Part shown: in pieces, positions 37,131-51,367 of the stretch | Layout: the number at the start of each line of letters is the position of its first letter | Position numbering within the stretch: position 1 is the stretch's first letter | Assembly (NCBI GenBank): GCA_964016885.1 | Contig: OZ024744.1 | Location: 100,316,001-100,380,000 of the forward strand | Direction: 5' to 3' | Source: Eledone cirrhosa | Lineage: Eukaryota | Length of the DNA: 64,000 nt | The notes under the pieces: generated by a model | Seen by the model: the letters and a program-made list of their open reading frames with translations, nothing else | What the model was told of the DNA's origin: nothing | The model's database searches: none | Made by a program: the position numbers and the translations under genes

Positions 37131-37465
37131 GGTGATGATGATGATGATGGTGGTGGTGGTGATGATGGTGGTGGTGGTGGTGGTGGTGATGGTGATTGTG
37201 GTGGTGGTGATGATGGTGGTGATTGTAGTGGTGATGATGATGATGATGGTGGTGATGTTGATGGTGGTGGTGGTGGTGGTGTTGATGGTGGTGGTGTTGA
37301 TGATGGTGGTGGTGATGATGGTGGTGGTGGTAGTGTTGATGGTGGTGGTGGTGGTGGTGATGATGATGGTGGTGGTGGTGATGATGGAGGTGGTTATGAT
37401 GATGATGGTGGTGGTGGTGGTGGTGATGGTGATGATGATGATGATGGTGGTGGTGGAGATGATGG

Positions 37466-37496
<31 letters not shown>

Positions 37497-37532
37497 GGTG
37501 GTGGTGGTGATGATGGTGGTGATGGTAAAGAA

Positions 37533-37568
<36 letters not shown>
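37131..37568. repeat. (GAT/GGT)n trinucleotide expansion
   Basis: Mixed GAT/GGT run preceded by a degenerate RTE/S2-type tail (CTTGCTAGCCAGAGAAATTGGAAGTTAAAAC). Confidence 0.9.
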
Positions 37569-37602
37569 AAAGGCATGGGTTGTCCATGTTGTCAAAGATG
37601 TC

Positions 37603-37667
37603 TGACACTGGAATTGAACCCAGGACCTATCAATTACAAGGTAAACCTCTCAACCATTTGGCCATGC
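37603..37667 (-). mobile_element. tRNA-like SINE head fragment
   Basis: Minus strand TGGCCAAATGG (A-box) ... GGTTCAATTCC (B-box). No complete cloverleaf. Confidence 0.55.
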
Positions 37668-38029
37668 TGTGAAATCATTAGATAACTCCTCAGTTCACAT
37701 GCAACACTTGGTATATATATACGTTAAGTATCAAGGAAGCGCTTTTTATCAAACGACTGCAACCGCAAATAAACAACCGATCAGAGAGAAGCGAAATGAG
37801 ATGGCTGGTTTAAGTTAACAAGCGATGCAACAACACACAACACACGCAAACACACACACACACAAACGAGACAACTACACACACACACACAGTAGCATTC
37901 CACCATACGAACATACTACACTGCCAATACAGAGGAACAAGGCAATAACACACGCACACACACACACACACTCAAGCGAGACAACAACACACGCACACAC
38001 ACACACACAGTAACATTTAACAAACAGGC

Positions 38030-38266
38030 AGAGAATGGACTGACAGCTAGCGCCATCCCACTCCCTCATTCGGCCGCTGACCTCTGTACGACCGAGCCCA
38101 TTTCACGCGCGCTCTGCTGAATACCTCAGATATTCAAAACAACAAACAGCAAAGGACGCGTTCCGGACTTGTCCGACAGACAATCTTTTCCCCCACCCCG
38201 GAGAAAAAAACCCCAGTTGATGGATGTGAATCCGAAATATATAGGGACTATTAAATCTCTCCCAAG
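38030..38266 (+). other. Candidate first exon (CpG-enriched unique sequence ending at a splice donor)
   Basis: Locally CpG-rich, non-repetitive sequence ending in CCAAG|GTAACT at 38266/38267, followed by a T-rich stretch. Confidence 0.35.
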
Positions 38267-38882
38267 GTAACTCTTTCTTGTGTTGTTATTTCTATTTTAT
38301 CCTTTATTCTACACATCTCACACATCTTATACACACCACGCATCTCAACGTACACCCACTTACATCTCTCTCTCCACCACCGGACCTTGTTACCCGGAGA
38401 TTTACCCATTTGCATTGTTGAGGCTTCCAAACGACTTAAAGATATTTATATATATATATATATATATATATAAATATATATATATATAGATACGATATTA
38501 ACAAATGGAAACTATATTTATAAAACCATATTTATTTCATTATACATATTTCAAGGACACCAAGTTACATTATGGTGTGCTTTCATCAGATAAAATATAA
38601 TATAGAGCAGTTTTATAAATAAATATTGACATACCCTTAAAGAATGCAACCATTACTGTTGGATGCTCCCGGATATTGGGGTTATAACTTTATTTATACT
38701 ATTATGTAAATTAGTATTGGATATTTTTAAATAAGCCGTTGGGTTACGGAGAAATAGAAAGAGAAGAACAAGAGAGAGAAAATTTGTTAATATCGTATTT
38801 TTACTGCAATTATTTGTTGAGTGCTTTATATCAGTTATAAAAATATTTGCTTGTTGTATCCCAACAATTTAAATAGAACTTT

Positions 38883-38913
<31 letters not shown>

Positions 38914-39086
38914 TATTTAGAACTCCTAATTGTTCCTCATAACATATCTTTCATGCTAATCCTGTATATCTGTAATGATGAATGATGTCTAAAATAATTT
39001 ATTTTGCAAAGTCAATAAACCCAAAAGGAAGCAACGAAAGCAATATTTAAATTTATTTTAATTACTCAATGTTATGTTATAGTTTA

Positions 39087-39274
39087 AGGGCGGTGGATTG
39101 GCAGTATCGGTAGAGGGTCGGACGCCATACTTTCCAGCATAGTTACGTCCCTTTACGATCTGAGTTCAAATCCCGCCGAGGTTAACTTTGCCTTTCATCC
39201 TTACGGGGGTCGATAAAATAAAGTACCAGTAATGCACTGGGGTAATTGCTGGCCTTGTGCCTAAAGTGGAAACA
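39087..39274 (+). mobile_element. Full-length young S1 SINE with 16-bp TSD
   Basis: GTTATGTTATAGTTTA occurs at 39071-39086 and 39275-39290. Nearly identical to the copy at 35670. Confidence 0.95.
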
Positions 39275-39299
39275 GTTATGTTATAGTTTATTTGTTCAG

Positions 39300-39372
39300 A
39301 GTAACAGAAGATGTTATCTCATTCAGGAAGGGTTTTTTCATCTTTTTGTTTTCTGTCATGTAGCTCAGAACT
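39300..39372 (+). other. Candidate 73-nt internal exon at the satellite boundary
   Basis: Acceptor TTTATTTGTTCAG| and donor ACT|GTATGT. One frame is open (SNRRCYLIQEGFFHLFVFCHVAQN); it may also be UTR. Confidence 0.3.
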
Positions 39373-39938
39373 GTATGTATACTGGTATTTTGTTTGTGTG
39401 TATACCTGTATTATAATGTGTGTCTGTCTGTCTGTCTGTATGTCTGTGTCTGTCTGTGTGTATGTGTGTAGCTCAGAACTGTATGTATACTGGTATTTTG
39501 TTTGTGTGTATACCTGTATTATAATGTGTGTTTGTCTGTGTCTGTCTGTGTGTATGTGTGTAGCTCAGAACTGTATGTATACTGGTATTTTGTTTGTGTG
39601 TATACCTGTATTATAATGTGTGTGTCTGTCTGTCTGTCTGTGTCTGTCTGTGTGTATGTGTGTAGCTCAGAACTGTATGTATACTGGTATTTTGTTTGTG
39701 TGTATACCTGTATTATAATGTGTGTGTCTGTCTGTCTGTGTCTGTCTGTGTCTGTCTGTGTGTGTGTGTGTAGCTCAGAACTGTATGTATACTGGTATTT
39801 TGTTTGTGTGTATACCTGTATTATAATGTGTGTGTCTGTCTGTCTGTGTCTGTCTGTGTCTGTCTGTGTGTGTGTGTGTAGCTCAGAACTGTATGTATAC
39901 TGGTATTTTGTTTGTGTGTATACCTGTATTATAATGTG

Positions 39939-39973
<35 letters not shown>

Positions 39974-40744
39974 GTGTATGTGTGTAGCTCAGAACTGTAT
40001 GTATACTGGTATTTTGTTTGTGTGTATACCTGTATTATAATGTGTGTCTGTCTGTCTGTCTGTCTGTGTCTGTCTGTGTGTATGTGTGTAGCTCAGAACT
40101 GTATGTATACTGGTATTTTGTTTGTGTGTATACCTGTATTATAATGTGTGTGTGTCTGTCTGTCTGTCTGTGTCTGTCTGTGTGTATGTGTGTAGCTCAG
40201 AACTGTATGTATACTGGTATTTTGTTTGTGTGTATACCTGTATTATAATGTGTGTGTGTCTGTCTGTCTGTCTGTGTCTGTGCGTGTGTATGTGTGTAGC
40301 TCAGAACTGTATGTATACTGGTATTTTGTTTGTGTGTATACCTGTATTATAATGTGTGTGTGTCTGTCTGTGTGTATGTGTGTAGCTCAGAACTGTATGT
40401 ATACTGGTATTTTGTTTGTGTGTATACCTGTATTATAATGTGTGTGTCTGTCTGTCTGTCTGTCTGTGTCTGTCTGTGTGTATGTGTGTAGCTCAGAACT
40501 GTATGTATACTGGTATTTTGTTTGTGTGTATACCTGTATTATAATGTGTGTCTGTCTGTCTGTCTGTCTGTGTCTGTCTGTGTGTATGTGTGTAGCACAG
40601 AACTGTATGTATACTGGTATTTTGTTTGTGTGTATACCTGTATTATAATGTGTGTGTCTGTCTGTCTGTCTGTGTGTATGTGTGTAGCTCAGAACTGTAT
40701 GTATACTGGTATTTTCTTTGTGTGTATACCTGTATTATAATGTG

Positions 40745-40775
<31 letters not shown>

Positions 40776-41752
40776 GTGTATGTGTGTAGCTCAGAACTGT
40801 ATGTATACTGGTATTTTGTTTGTGTGTATACCTGTATTATAATGTGTGTGTCTGTCTGTCTGTGTCTGTCTGTCTGTCTGTGTGTGTGTGTGTAGCTCAG
40901 AACTGTATGTATACTGGTATTTTGTTTGTGTGTATACCTGTATTATAATGTGTGTGTCTGTCTGTGTCTGTCTGTGTGTATGTGTGTAGCTCAGAACTGT
41001 ATGTATACTGGTATTTTGTTTGTGTGTATACCTGTATTATAATGTGTGTGTCTGTCTGTCTGTGTCTGTCTGTGTCTGTCTGTGTGTATGTGTGTAGCTC
41101 AGAACTGTATGTATACTGGTATTTTGTTTGTGTGTATACCTGTATTATAATGTGTGTGTCTGTCTGTGTCTGTCTGTCTGTCTGTGTGTGTGTGTGTAGC
41201 TCAGAACTGTATGTATACTGGTATTTTGTTTGTGTGTATACCTGTATTATAATGTGTGTGTCTGTCTGTCTGTCTGTCTGTGTCTGTCTGTGTGTATGTG
41301 TGTAGCTCAGAACTGTATGTATACTGGTATTTTGTTTGTGTGTATACCTGTATTATAATGTGTGTGTGTCTGTCTGTCTGTCTGTGTCTGTCTGTGTGTA
41401 TGTGTGTAGCTCAGAACTGTATGTATACTGGTATTTTGTTTGTGTGTATACCTGTATTATAATGTGTGTGTCTGTCTGTCTGTCTGTGTCTGTCTGTGTG
41501 TATGTGTGTAGCTCAGAACTGTATGTATACTGGTATTTTGTTTGTGTGTATACCTGTATTATAATGTGTGTGTCTGTCTGTCTGTCTGTGTCTGTCTGTG
41601 TGTATGTGTGTAGCTCAGAACTGTATGTATACTGGTATTTTGTTTGTGTGTATACCTGTATTATAATGTGTGTCTGTCTGTGTGTATGTGTGTAGCTCAG
41701 AACTGTATGTATACTGGTATTTTGTTTGTGTGTATACCTGTATTATAATGTG

Positions 41753-41783
<31 letters not shown>

Positions 41784-43506
41784 GCGTATGTGTGTAGCTC
41801 AGAACTGTATGTATACTGGTATTTTGTTTGTGTGTATACCTGTATTATAATGTGTGTGTCTGTCTGTCTGTGTCTGTCTGTCTGTCTGTGTGTGTGTGTG
41901 TAGCTCAGAACTGTATGTATACTGGTATTTTGTTTGTGTGTATACCTGTATTATAATGTGTGTGTCTGTCTGTCTGTGTCTGTCTGTGTCTGTCTGTGTG
42001 TATGTGTGTAGCTCAGAACTGTATGTATACTGGTATTTTGTTTGTGTGTATACCTGTATTATAATGTGTGTGTCTGTCTGTCTGTGTCTGTCTGTGTCTG
42101 TCTGTGTGTATGTGTGTAGCTCAGAACTGTATGTATACTGGTATTTTGTTTGTGTGTATACCTGTATTATAATGTGTGTATCTGTCTGTCTGTCTGTGTC
42201 TGTCTGTGTGTATGTGTGTAGCTCAGAACTGTATGTATACTGGTATTTTGTTTGTGTGTATACCTGTATTATAATGTGTGTGTCTGTCTGTCTGTCTGTC
42301 TGTGTCTGTCTGTGTGTATGTGTGTAGCTCAGAACTGTATGTATACTGGTATTTTGTTTGTGTGTATACCTGTATTATAATGTGTGTGTCTGTCTGTCTG
42401 TCTGTGTCTGTCTGTGTGTATGTGTGTAGCTCAGAACTGTATGTATACTGGTATTTTGTTTGTGTGTATACCTGTATTATAATGTGTGTGTGTCTGTCTG
42501 TCTGTGTCTGTCTGTGTCTGTCTGTGTGTATGTGTGTAGCTCAGAACTGTATGTATACTGGTATTTTGTTTGTGTGTATACCTGTATTATAATGTGTGTG
42601 TCTGTCTGTCTGTCAGTCTGTGTGTCTGTCTGTGTGTATGTGTGTAGCTCAGAACTGTATGTATACTGGTATTTTGTTTGTGTGTATACCTGTATTATAA
42701 TGTGTGTGTCTGTCTGTCTGTGTCTGTCTGTGTGTATGTGTGTAGCTCAGAACTGTATGTATACTGGTATTTTGTTTGTGTGTATACCTGTATTATAATG
42801 TGTGTGTCTGTCTGTCTGTCAGTCTGTGTGTCTGTCTGTGTGTATGTGTGTAGCTCAGAACTGTATGTATACTGGTATTTTGTTTGTGTGTATACCTGTA
42901 TTATAATGTGTGTGTCTGTCTGTCTGTCAGTCTGTGTGTCTGTCTGTGTGTATGTGTGTAGCTCAGAACTGTATGTATACTGGTATTTTGTTTGTGTGTA
43001 TACCTGTATTATAATGTGTGTGTCTGTCTGTCTGTGTCTGTCTGTGTGTATGTGTGTAGCTCAGAACTGTATGTATACTGGTATTTTGTTTGTGTGTATA
43101 CCTGTATTATAATGTGTCTGTCTGTCTGTCTGTCTGTGTGTATGTGTATAGCTCAGAACTGTATGTATACAGGTATTTTGTTTGTGTGTATACCTGTATT
43201 ATAATGTGTGTGTCTGTCTGTCTGTCTGTCTGTGTCTGTCTGTGTGTATGTGTGTAGCTCAGAACTGTATGTATACTGGTATTTTGTTTGTGTGTATACC
43301 TGTATTATAATGTGTGTGTCTGTCTGTCTGTCTGTGTGTATGTGTGTAGCTCAGAACTGTATGTATACTGGTATTTTGTTTGTGTGTATACCTGTATTAT
43401 AATGTGTGTCTGTCTGTCTGTCTGTGTCTGTCTGTGTGTATGTGTGTCGCTCAGAACTGTATGTATACTGGTATTTTGTTTGTGTGTATACCTGTATTAT
43501 AATGTG

Positions 43507-43537
<31 letters not shown>

Positions 43538-45566
43538 GTGTATGTGTGTAGCTCAGAACTGTATGTATACTGGTATTTTGTTTGTGTGTATACCTGTATT
43601 ATAATGTGTGTCGGTCTGTCTGTCTGTCTGTCTGTCTGTCTGTGTGTATGTGTGTAGCTCAGAACTGTATGTATACTGGTATTTTGTTTGTGTGTATACC
43701 TGTATTATAATGTGTGTGTCTGTCTGTCTGTGTCTGTCTGTCTGTCTGTGTGTGTGTGTGTAGCTCAGAACTGTATGTATACTGGTATTTTGTTTGTGTG
43801 TATACCTGTATTATAATGTGTGTGTCTGTCTGTCTGTGTCTGTCTGTGTCTGTCTGTGTGTATGTGTGTAGCTCAGAACTGTATGTATACTGGTATTTTG
43901 TTTGTGTGTATACCTGTATTATAATGTGTGTGTCTGTCTGTCTGTGTCTGTCTGTGTCTGTCTGTGTGTATGTGTGTAGCTCAGAACTGTATGTATACTG
44001 GTATTTTGTTTGTGTGTATACCTGTATTATAATGTGTGTGTCTGTCTGTCTGTGTCTGTCTGTGTCTGTCTGTGTGTATGTGTGTAGCTCAGAACTGTAT
44101 GTATACTGGTATTTTGTTTGTGTGTATACCTGTATTATAATGTGTGTGTCTGTCTGTCTGTCTGTGTCTGTCTGTGTGTATGTGTGTAGCTCAGAACTGT
44201 ATGTATACTGGTATTTTGTTTGTGTGTATACCTGTATTATAATGTGTGTGTGTCTGTCTGTGTCTGTCTGTGTGTATGTGTGTAGCTCAGAACTGTATGT
44301 ATACTGGTATTTTGTTTGTGTGTATACCTGTATTATAATGTGTGTGTCTGTCTGTCTGTCTGTGTCTGTCTGTGTGTATGTGTGTAGCTCAGAACTGTAT
44401 GTATACTGGTATTTTGTTTGTGTGTATACCTGTATTATAATGTGTGTGTGTCTGTCTGTCTGTGTCTGTCTGTGTCTGTCTGTGTGTATGTGTGTAGCTC
44501 AGAACTGTATGTATACTGGTATTTTCTTTGTGTGTATACCTGTATTATAATGTGTGTCGGTCTGTCTGTCTGTCTGTCTGTCTGTGTGTATGTGTGTAGC
44601 TCAGAACTGTATGTATACTGGTATTTTGTTTGTGTGTATACCTGTATTATAATGTGTGTGTCTGTCTGTCTGTGTCTGTCTGTCTGTCTGTGTGTGTGTG
44701 TGTAGCTCAGAACTGTATGTATACTGGTATTTTGTTTGTGTGTATACCTGTATTATAATGTGTGTGTCTGTCTGTCTGTGTCTGTCTGTGTCTGTCTGTG
44801 TGTATGTGTGTAGCTCAGAACTGTATGTATACTGGTATTTTGTTTGTGTGTATACCTGTATTATAATGTGTGTGTCTGTCTGTCTGTGTCTGTCTGTGTC
44901 TGTCTGTGTGTATGTGTGTAGCTCAGAACTGTATGTATACTGGTATTTTGTTTGTGTGTATACCTGTATTATAATGTGTGTGTCTGTCTGTCTGTCTGTG
45001 TCTGTCTGTGTGTATGTGTGTAGCTCAGAACTGTATGTATACTGGTATTTTGTTTGTGTGTATACCTGTATTATAATGTGTGTCTGTCTGTCTGTGTCTG
45101 TCTGTGTGTATGTGTGTAGCTCAGAACTGTATGTATACTGGTATTTTGTTTGTGTGTATACCTGTATTATAATGTGTCTGTCTGTCTGTCTGTCTGTGTG
45201 TATGTGTATAGCTCAGAACTATATGTATACAGGTATTTTGTTTGTGTGTATACCTGTATTATAATGTGTGTGTCTGTCTGTCTGTCTGTCTGTGTCTGTC
45301 TGTGTGTATGTGTGTAGCTCAGAACTGTATGTATACTGGTATTTTGTTTGTGTGTATACCTGTATTATAATGTGTGTGTCTGTCTGTCTGTCTGTGTGTA
45401 TGTGTGTAGCTCAGAACTGTATGTATACTGGTATTTTGTTTGTGTGTATACCTGTATTATAATGTGTGTCTGTCTGTCTGTCTGTGTCTGTCTGTGTGTA
45501 TGTGTGTCGCTCAGAACTGTATGTATACTGGTATTTTGTTTGTGTGTATACCTGTATTATAATGTG

Positions 45567-45597
<31 letters not shown>

Positions 45598-46894
45598 GTG
45601 TATGTGTGTAGCTCAGAACTGTATGTATACTGGTATTTTGTTTGTGTGTATACCTGTATTATAATGTGTGTCGGTCTGTCTGTCTGTCTGTCTGTCTGTC
45701 TGTGTGTATGTGTGTAGCTCAGAACTGTATGTATACTGGTATTTTGTTTGTGTGTATACCTGTATTATAATGTGTGTGTCTGTCTGTCTGTGTCTGTCTG
45801 TCTGTCTGTGTGTGTGTGTGTAGCTCAGAACTGTATGTATACTGGTATTTTGTTTGTGTGTATACCTGTATTATAATGTGTGTGTCTGTCTGTCTGTGTC
45901 TGTCTGTGTCTGTCTGTGTGTATGTGTGTAGCTCAGAACTGTATGTATACTGGTATTTTGTTTGTGTGTATACCTGTATTATAATGTGTGTGTCTGTCTG
46001 TCTGTGTCTGTCTGTGTCTGTCTGTGTGTATGTGTGTAGCTCAGAACTGTATGTATACTGGTATTTTGTTTGTGTGTATACCTGTATTATAATGTGTGTG
46101 TCTGTCTGTCTGTGTCTGTCTGTGTCTGTCTGTGTGTATGTGTGTAGCTCAGAACTGTATGTATACTGGTATTTTGTTTGTGTGTATACCTGTATTATAA
46201 TGTGTGTGTCTGTCTGTCTGTCTGTGTCTGTCTGTGTGTATGTGTGTAGCTCAGAACTGTATGTATACTGGTATTTTGTTTGTGTGTATACCTGTATTAT
46301 AATGTGTGTGTGTCTGTCTGTGTCTGTCTGTGTGTATGTGTGTAGCTCAGAACTGTATGTATACTGGTATTTTGTTTGTGTGTATACCTGTATTATAATG
46401 TGTGTGTCTGTCTGTCTGTCTGTGTCTGTCTGTGTGTATGTGTGTAGCTCAGAACTGTATGTATACTGGTATTTTGTTTGTGTGTATACCTGTATTATAA
46501 TGTGTCTGTCTGTCTGTCTGTCTGTGTGTATGTGTATAGCTCAGAACTGTATGTATACAGGTATTTTGTTTGTGTGTATACCTGTATTATAATGTGTGTG
46601 TCTGTCTGTCTGTCTGTCTGTGTCTGTCTGTGTGTATGTGTGTAGCTCAGAACTGTATGTATACTGGTATTTTGTTTGTGTGTATACCTGTATTATAATG
46701 TGTGTGTCTGTCTGTCTGTCTGTGTGTATGTGTGTAGCTCAGAACTGTATGTATACTGGTATTTTGTTTGTGTGTATACCTGTATTATAATGTGTGTCTG
46801 TCTGTCTGTCTGTGTCTGTCTGTGTGTATGTGTGTCGCTCAGAACTGTATGTATACTGGTATTTTGTTTGTGTGTATACCTGTATTATAATGTG

Positions 46895-46925
<31 letters not shown>

Positions 46926-49476
46926 GTGTATGTGTGTAGCTCAGAACTGTATGTATACTGGTATTTTGTTTGTGTGTATACCTGTATTATAATGTGTGTC
47001 GGTCTGTCTGTCTGTCTGTCTGTCTGTCTGTGTGTATGTGTGTAGCTCAGAACTGTATGTATACTGGTATTTTGTTTGTGTGTATACCTGTATTATAATG
47101 TGTGTGTCTGTCTGTCTGTGTCTGTCTGTCTGTCTGTGTGTGTGTGTGTAGCTCAGAACTGTATGTATACTGGTATTTTGTTTGTGTGTATACCTGTATT
47201 ATAATGTGTGTGTCTGTCTGTCTGTGTCTGTCTGTGTCTGTCTGTGTGTATGTGTGTAGCTCAGAACTGTATGTATACTGGTATTTTGTTTGTGTGTATA
47301 CCTGTATTATAATGTGTGTGTCTGTCTGTCTGTGTCTGTCTGTGTCTGTCTGTGTGTATGTGTGTAGCTCAGAACTGTATGTATACTGGTATTTTGTTTG
47401 TGTGTATACCTGTATTATAATGTGTGTGTCTGTCTGTCTGTGTCTGTCTGTGTCTGTCTGTGTGTATGTGTGTAGCTCAGAACTGTATGTATACTGGTAT
47501 TTTGTTTGTGTGTATACCTGTATTATAATGTGTGTGTCTGTCTGTCTGTCTGTGTCTGTCTGTGTGTATGTGTGTAGCTCAGAACTGTATGTATACTGGT
47601 ATTTTGTTTGTGTGTATACCTGTATTATAATGTGTGTGTGTCTGTCTGTGTCTGTCTGTGTGTATGTGTGTAGCTCAGAACTGTATGTATACTGGTATTT
47701 TGTTTGTGTGTATACCTGTATTATAATGTGTGTGTCTGTCTGTCTGTCTGTGTCTGTCTGTGTGTATGTGTGTAGCTCAGAACTGTATGTATACTGGTAT
47801 TTTGTTTGTGTGTATACCTGTATTATAATGTGTGTGTGTCTGTCTGTCTGTGTCTGTCTGTGTCTGTCTGTGTGTATGTGTGTAGCTCAGAACTGTATGT
47901 ATACTGGTATTTTCTTTGTGTGTATACCTGTATTATAATGTGTGTCGGTCTGTCTGTCTGTCTGTCTGTCTGTGTGTATGTGTGTAGCTCAGAACTGTAT
48001 GTATACTGGTATTTTGTTTGTGTGTATACCTGTATTATAATGTGTGTGTCTGTCTGTCTGTGTCTGTCTGTCTGTCTGTGTGTGTGTGTGTAGCTCAGAA
48101 CTGTATGTATACTGGTATTTTGTTTGTGTGTATACCTGTATTATAATGTGTGTGTCTGTCTGTCTGTGTCTGTCTGTGTCTGTCTGTGTGTATGTGTGTA
48201 GCTCAGAACTGTATGTATACTGGTATTTTGTTTGTGTGTATACCTGTATTATAATGTGTGTGTCTGTCTGTCTGTGTCTGTCTGTGTCTGTCTGTGTGTA
48301 TGTGTGTAGCTCAGAACTGTATGTATACTGGTATTTTGTTTGTGTGTATACCTGTATTATAATGTGTGTGTCTGTCTGTCTGTCTGTGTCTGTCTGTGTG
48401 TATGTGTGTAGCTCAGAACTGTATGTATACTGGTATTTTGTTTGTGTGTATACCTGTATTATAATGTGTGTGTGTCTGTCTGTGTCTGTCTGTGTGTATG
48501 TGTGTAGCTCAGAACTGTATGTATACTGGTATTTTGTTTGTGTGTATACCTGTATTATAATGTGTGTGTCTGTCTGTCTGTCTGTGTCTGTCTGTGTGTA
48601 TGTGTGTAGCTCAGAACTGTATGTATACTGGTATTTTGTTTGTGTGTATACCTGTATTATAATGTGTGTGTGTCTGTCTGTCTGTGTCTGTCTGTGTGTA
48701 TGTGTGTAGCTCAGAACTGTATGTATACTGGTATTTTGTTTGTGTGTATACCTGTATTATAATGTGTCTGTCTGTCAGTCTGTGTGTCTGTCTGTGTGTA
48801 TGTGTGTAGCTCAGAACTGTATGTATACTGGTATTTTGTTTGTGTGTATACCTGTATTATAATGTGTGTGTCTGTCTGTCTGTGTCTGTCTGTGTGTATG
48901 TGTGTAGCTCAGAACTGTATGTATACTGGTATTTTGTTTGTGTGTATACCTGTATTATAATGTGTCTGTCTGTCTGTCTGTCTGTGTGTATGTGTGTAGC
49001 TCAGAACTGTATGTATACTGGTATTTTGTTTGTGTGTATACCTGTATTATAATATGTGTGTCTGTCTGTCTGTCTGTGTCTGTCTGTGTGTATGTGTGTA
49101 GCTCAGAACTGTATGTATACTGGTATTTTGTTTGTGTGTATACCTGTATTATAATGTGTCTGTCTGTCTGTCTGTCAGTCTGTGTCTGTCTGTGTGTAGC
49201 TCAGAACTGTATGTATACTGGTATTTTGTTTGTGTGTATACCTGTATTATAATGTGTGTCTGTCTGTCTGTCTGTCTGTGTCTGTCTGTGTGTATGTGTG
49301 TATGTGTGTAGCTCAGAACTGTATGTATACTGGTATTTTGTTTGTGTGTATACCTGTATTATAATGTGTGTCTGTCTGTCTGTCTGTCTGTCTGTGTCTG
49401 TCTGTGTGTATGTGTGTAGCTCAGAACTGTATGTATACTGGTATTTTGTTTGTGTGTATACCTGTATTATAATGTG

Positions 49477-49511
<35 letters not shown>

Positions 49512-50930
49512 GTGTATGTGTGTAGCTCAGAACTGTATGTATACTGGTATTTTGTTTGTGTGTATACCTGTATTATAATGTGTGTGTCTGTCTGTCTGTG
49601 TCTGTCTGTGTCTGTCTGTGTGTATGTGTGTAGCTCAGAACTGTATGTATACTGGTATTTTGTTTGTGTGTATACCTGTATTATAATGTGTGTGTCTGTC
49701 TGTCTGTCTGTGTGTATGTGTGTAGCTCAGAACTGTATGTATACTGGTATTTTGTTTGTGTGTATACCTGTATTATAATGTGTGTGTCTGTCTGTCTGTC
49801 TGTGTCTGTCTGTGTGTATGTGTGTAGCTCAGAACTGTATGTATACTGGTATTTTGTTTGTGTGTATACCTGTATTATAATGTGTGTGTCTGTCTGTCTG
49901 TGTCTGTCTGTGTCTGTCTGTGTGTATGTGTGTAGCTCAGAACTGTATGTATACTGGTATTTTGTTTATGTGTATACCTGTATTATAATGTGTGTGTCTG
50001 TCTGTCTGCCTGTGTGTGTCTGTGTGTATGTGTGTAGCTCAGAACTGTATGTATACTGGTATTTTGTTTGTGTGTATACCTGTATTATAATGTGTGTGTC
50101 TGTCTGTCTGTGTCTGTGTGTATGTGTGTAGCTCAGAACTGTATGTATACTGGTATTTTCTTTGTGTGTATACCTGTATTATAATGTGTGTCTGTCTGTC
50201 TGTCTGTCTGTGTCTGTCTGTGTGTATGTGTGTATGTGTGTAGCTCAGAACTGTATGTATACTGGTATTTTGTTTGTGTGTATACCTGTATTATAATGTG
50301 TGTCTGTCTGTCTGTCTGTCTGTGTCTGTCTGTGTGTATGTGTGTAGCTCAGAACTGTATGTATACTGGTATTTTGTTTGTGTGTATACCTGTATTATAA
50401 TGTGTGTGTGTCTGTCTGTCTGTCTGTGTCTGTCTGTGTGTATGTGTGTAGCTCAGAACTGTATGTATACTGGTATTTTGTTTGTGTGTATACCTGTATT
50501 ATAATGTGTGTATGTTTGTCTGTCTGTCTGTGTCTGTGTGTGTGTATGTGTGTAGCTCAGAACTGTATGTATACTGGTATTTTGTTTGTGTGTATACCTG
50601 TATTATAATGTGTGTGTGTCTGTCTGTCTGTCTGTCTGTGTCTGTCTGTGTGTATGTGTGTAGCTCAGAACTGTATGTATACTGGTATTTTGTTTGTGTG
50701 TATACCTGTATTATAATGTGTGTGTCTGTCTGTCTGTCTGTCTGTGTCTGTCTGTGTGTATGTGTGTAGCTCAGAACTGTATGTATACTGGTATTTTGTT
50801 TGTGTGTATACCCGTATTATAATGTGTGTCTGTCTGTCTGTCTGTCTGTGTCTGTCTGTGTGTATGTGTGTAGCACAGAACTGTATGTATACTGGTATTT
50901 TGTTTGTGTGTATACCTGTATTATAATGTG

Positions 50931-50961
<31 letters not shown>

Positions 50962-51336
50962 GTGTATGTGTGTAGCTCAGAACTGTATGTATACTGGTAT
51001 TTTGTTTGTGTGTATACCTGTATTATAATGTGTGTGTCTGTCTGTCTGTCTGTCTGTGTCTGTCTGTGTGTATGTGTGTAGCTCAGAACTGTATGTATAC
51101 TGGTATTTTGTTTGTGTGTATACCCGTATTATAATGTGTGTCTGTCTGTCTGTCTGTCTGTGTCTGTCTGTGTGTATGTGTGTAGCTCAGAACTGTATGT
51201 ATACTGGTATTTTGTTTGTGTGTATACCTGTATTATAATGTGTGTCTGTCTGTCTGTCTGTCTGTGTGTATGTGTGTAGCTCAGAACTGTATGTATACTG
51301 GTATTTTGTTTGTGTGTATACCTGTATTATAATGTG

Positions 51337-51367
<31 letters not shown>

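Noticed and set aside
37075-37608. Poly-His / poly-Val ORFs
   Set aside because: (GAT/GGT)n expansion.
37603-37667. tRNA gene
   Set aside because: A and B boxes only. Acceptor and anticodon stems are not convincing, so a SINE head is the better explanation.
38220-39363. Two-exon micro-ORF MDVNPKYIGTIKSLPR/VTEDVISFRKGFFIFLFSVM*
   Set aside because: Only ~36 aa, no recognisable homology, and both exons are themselves tentative.
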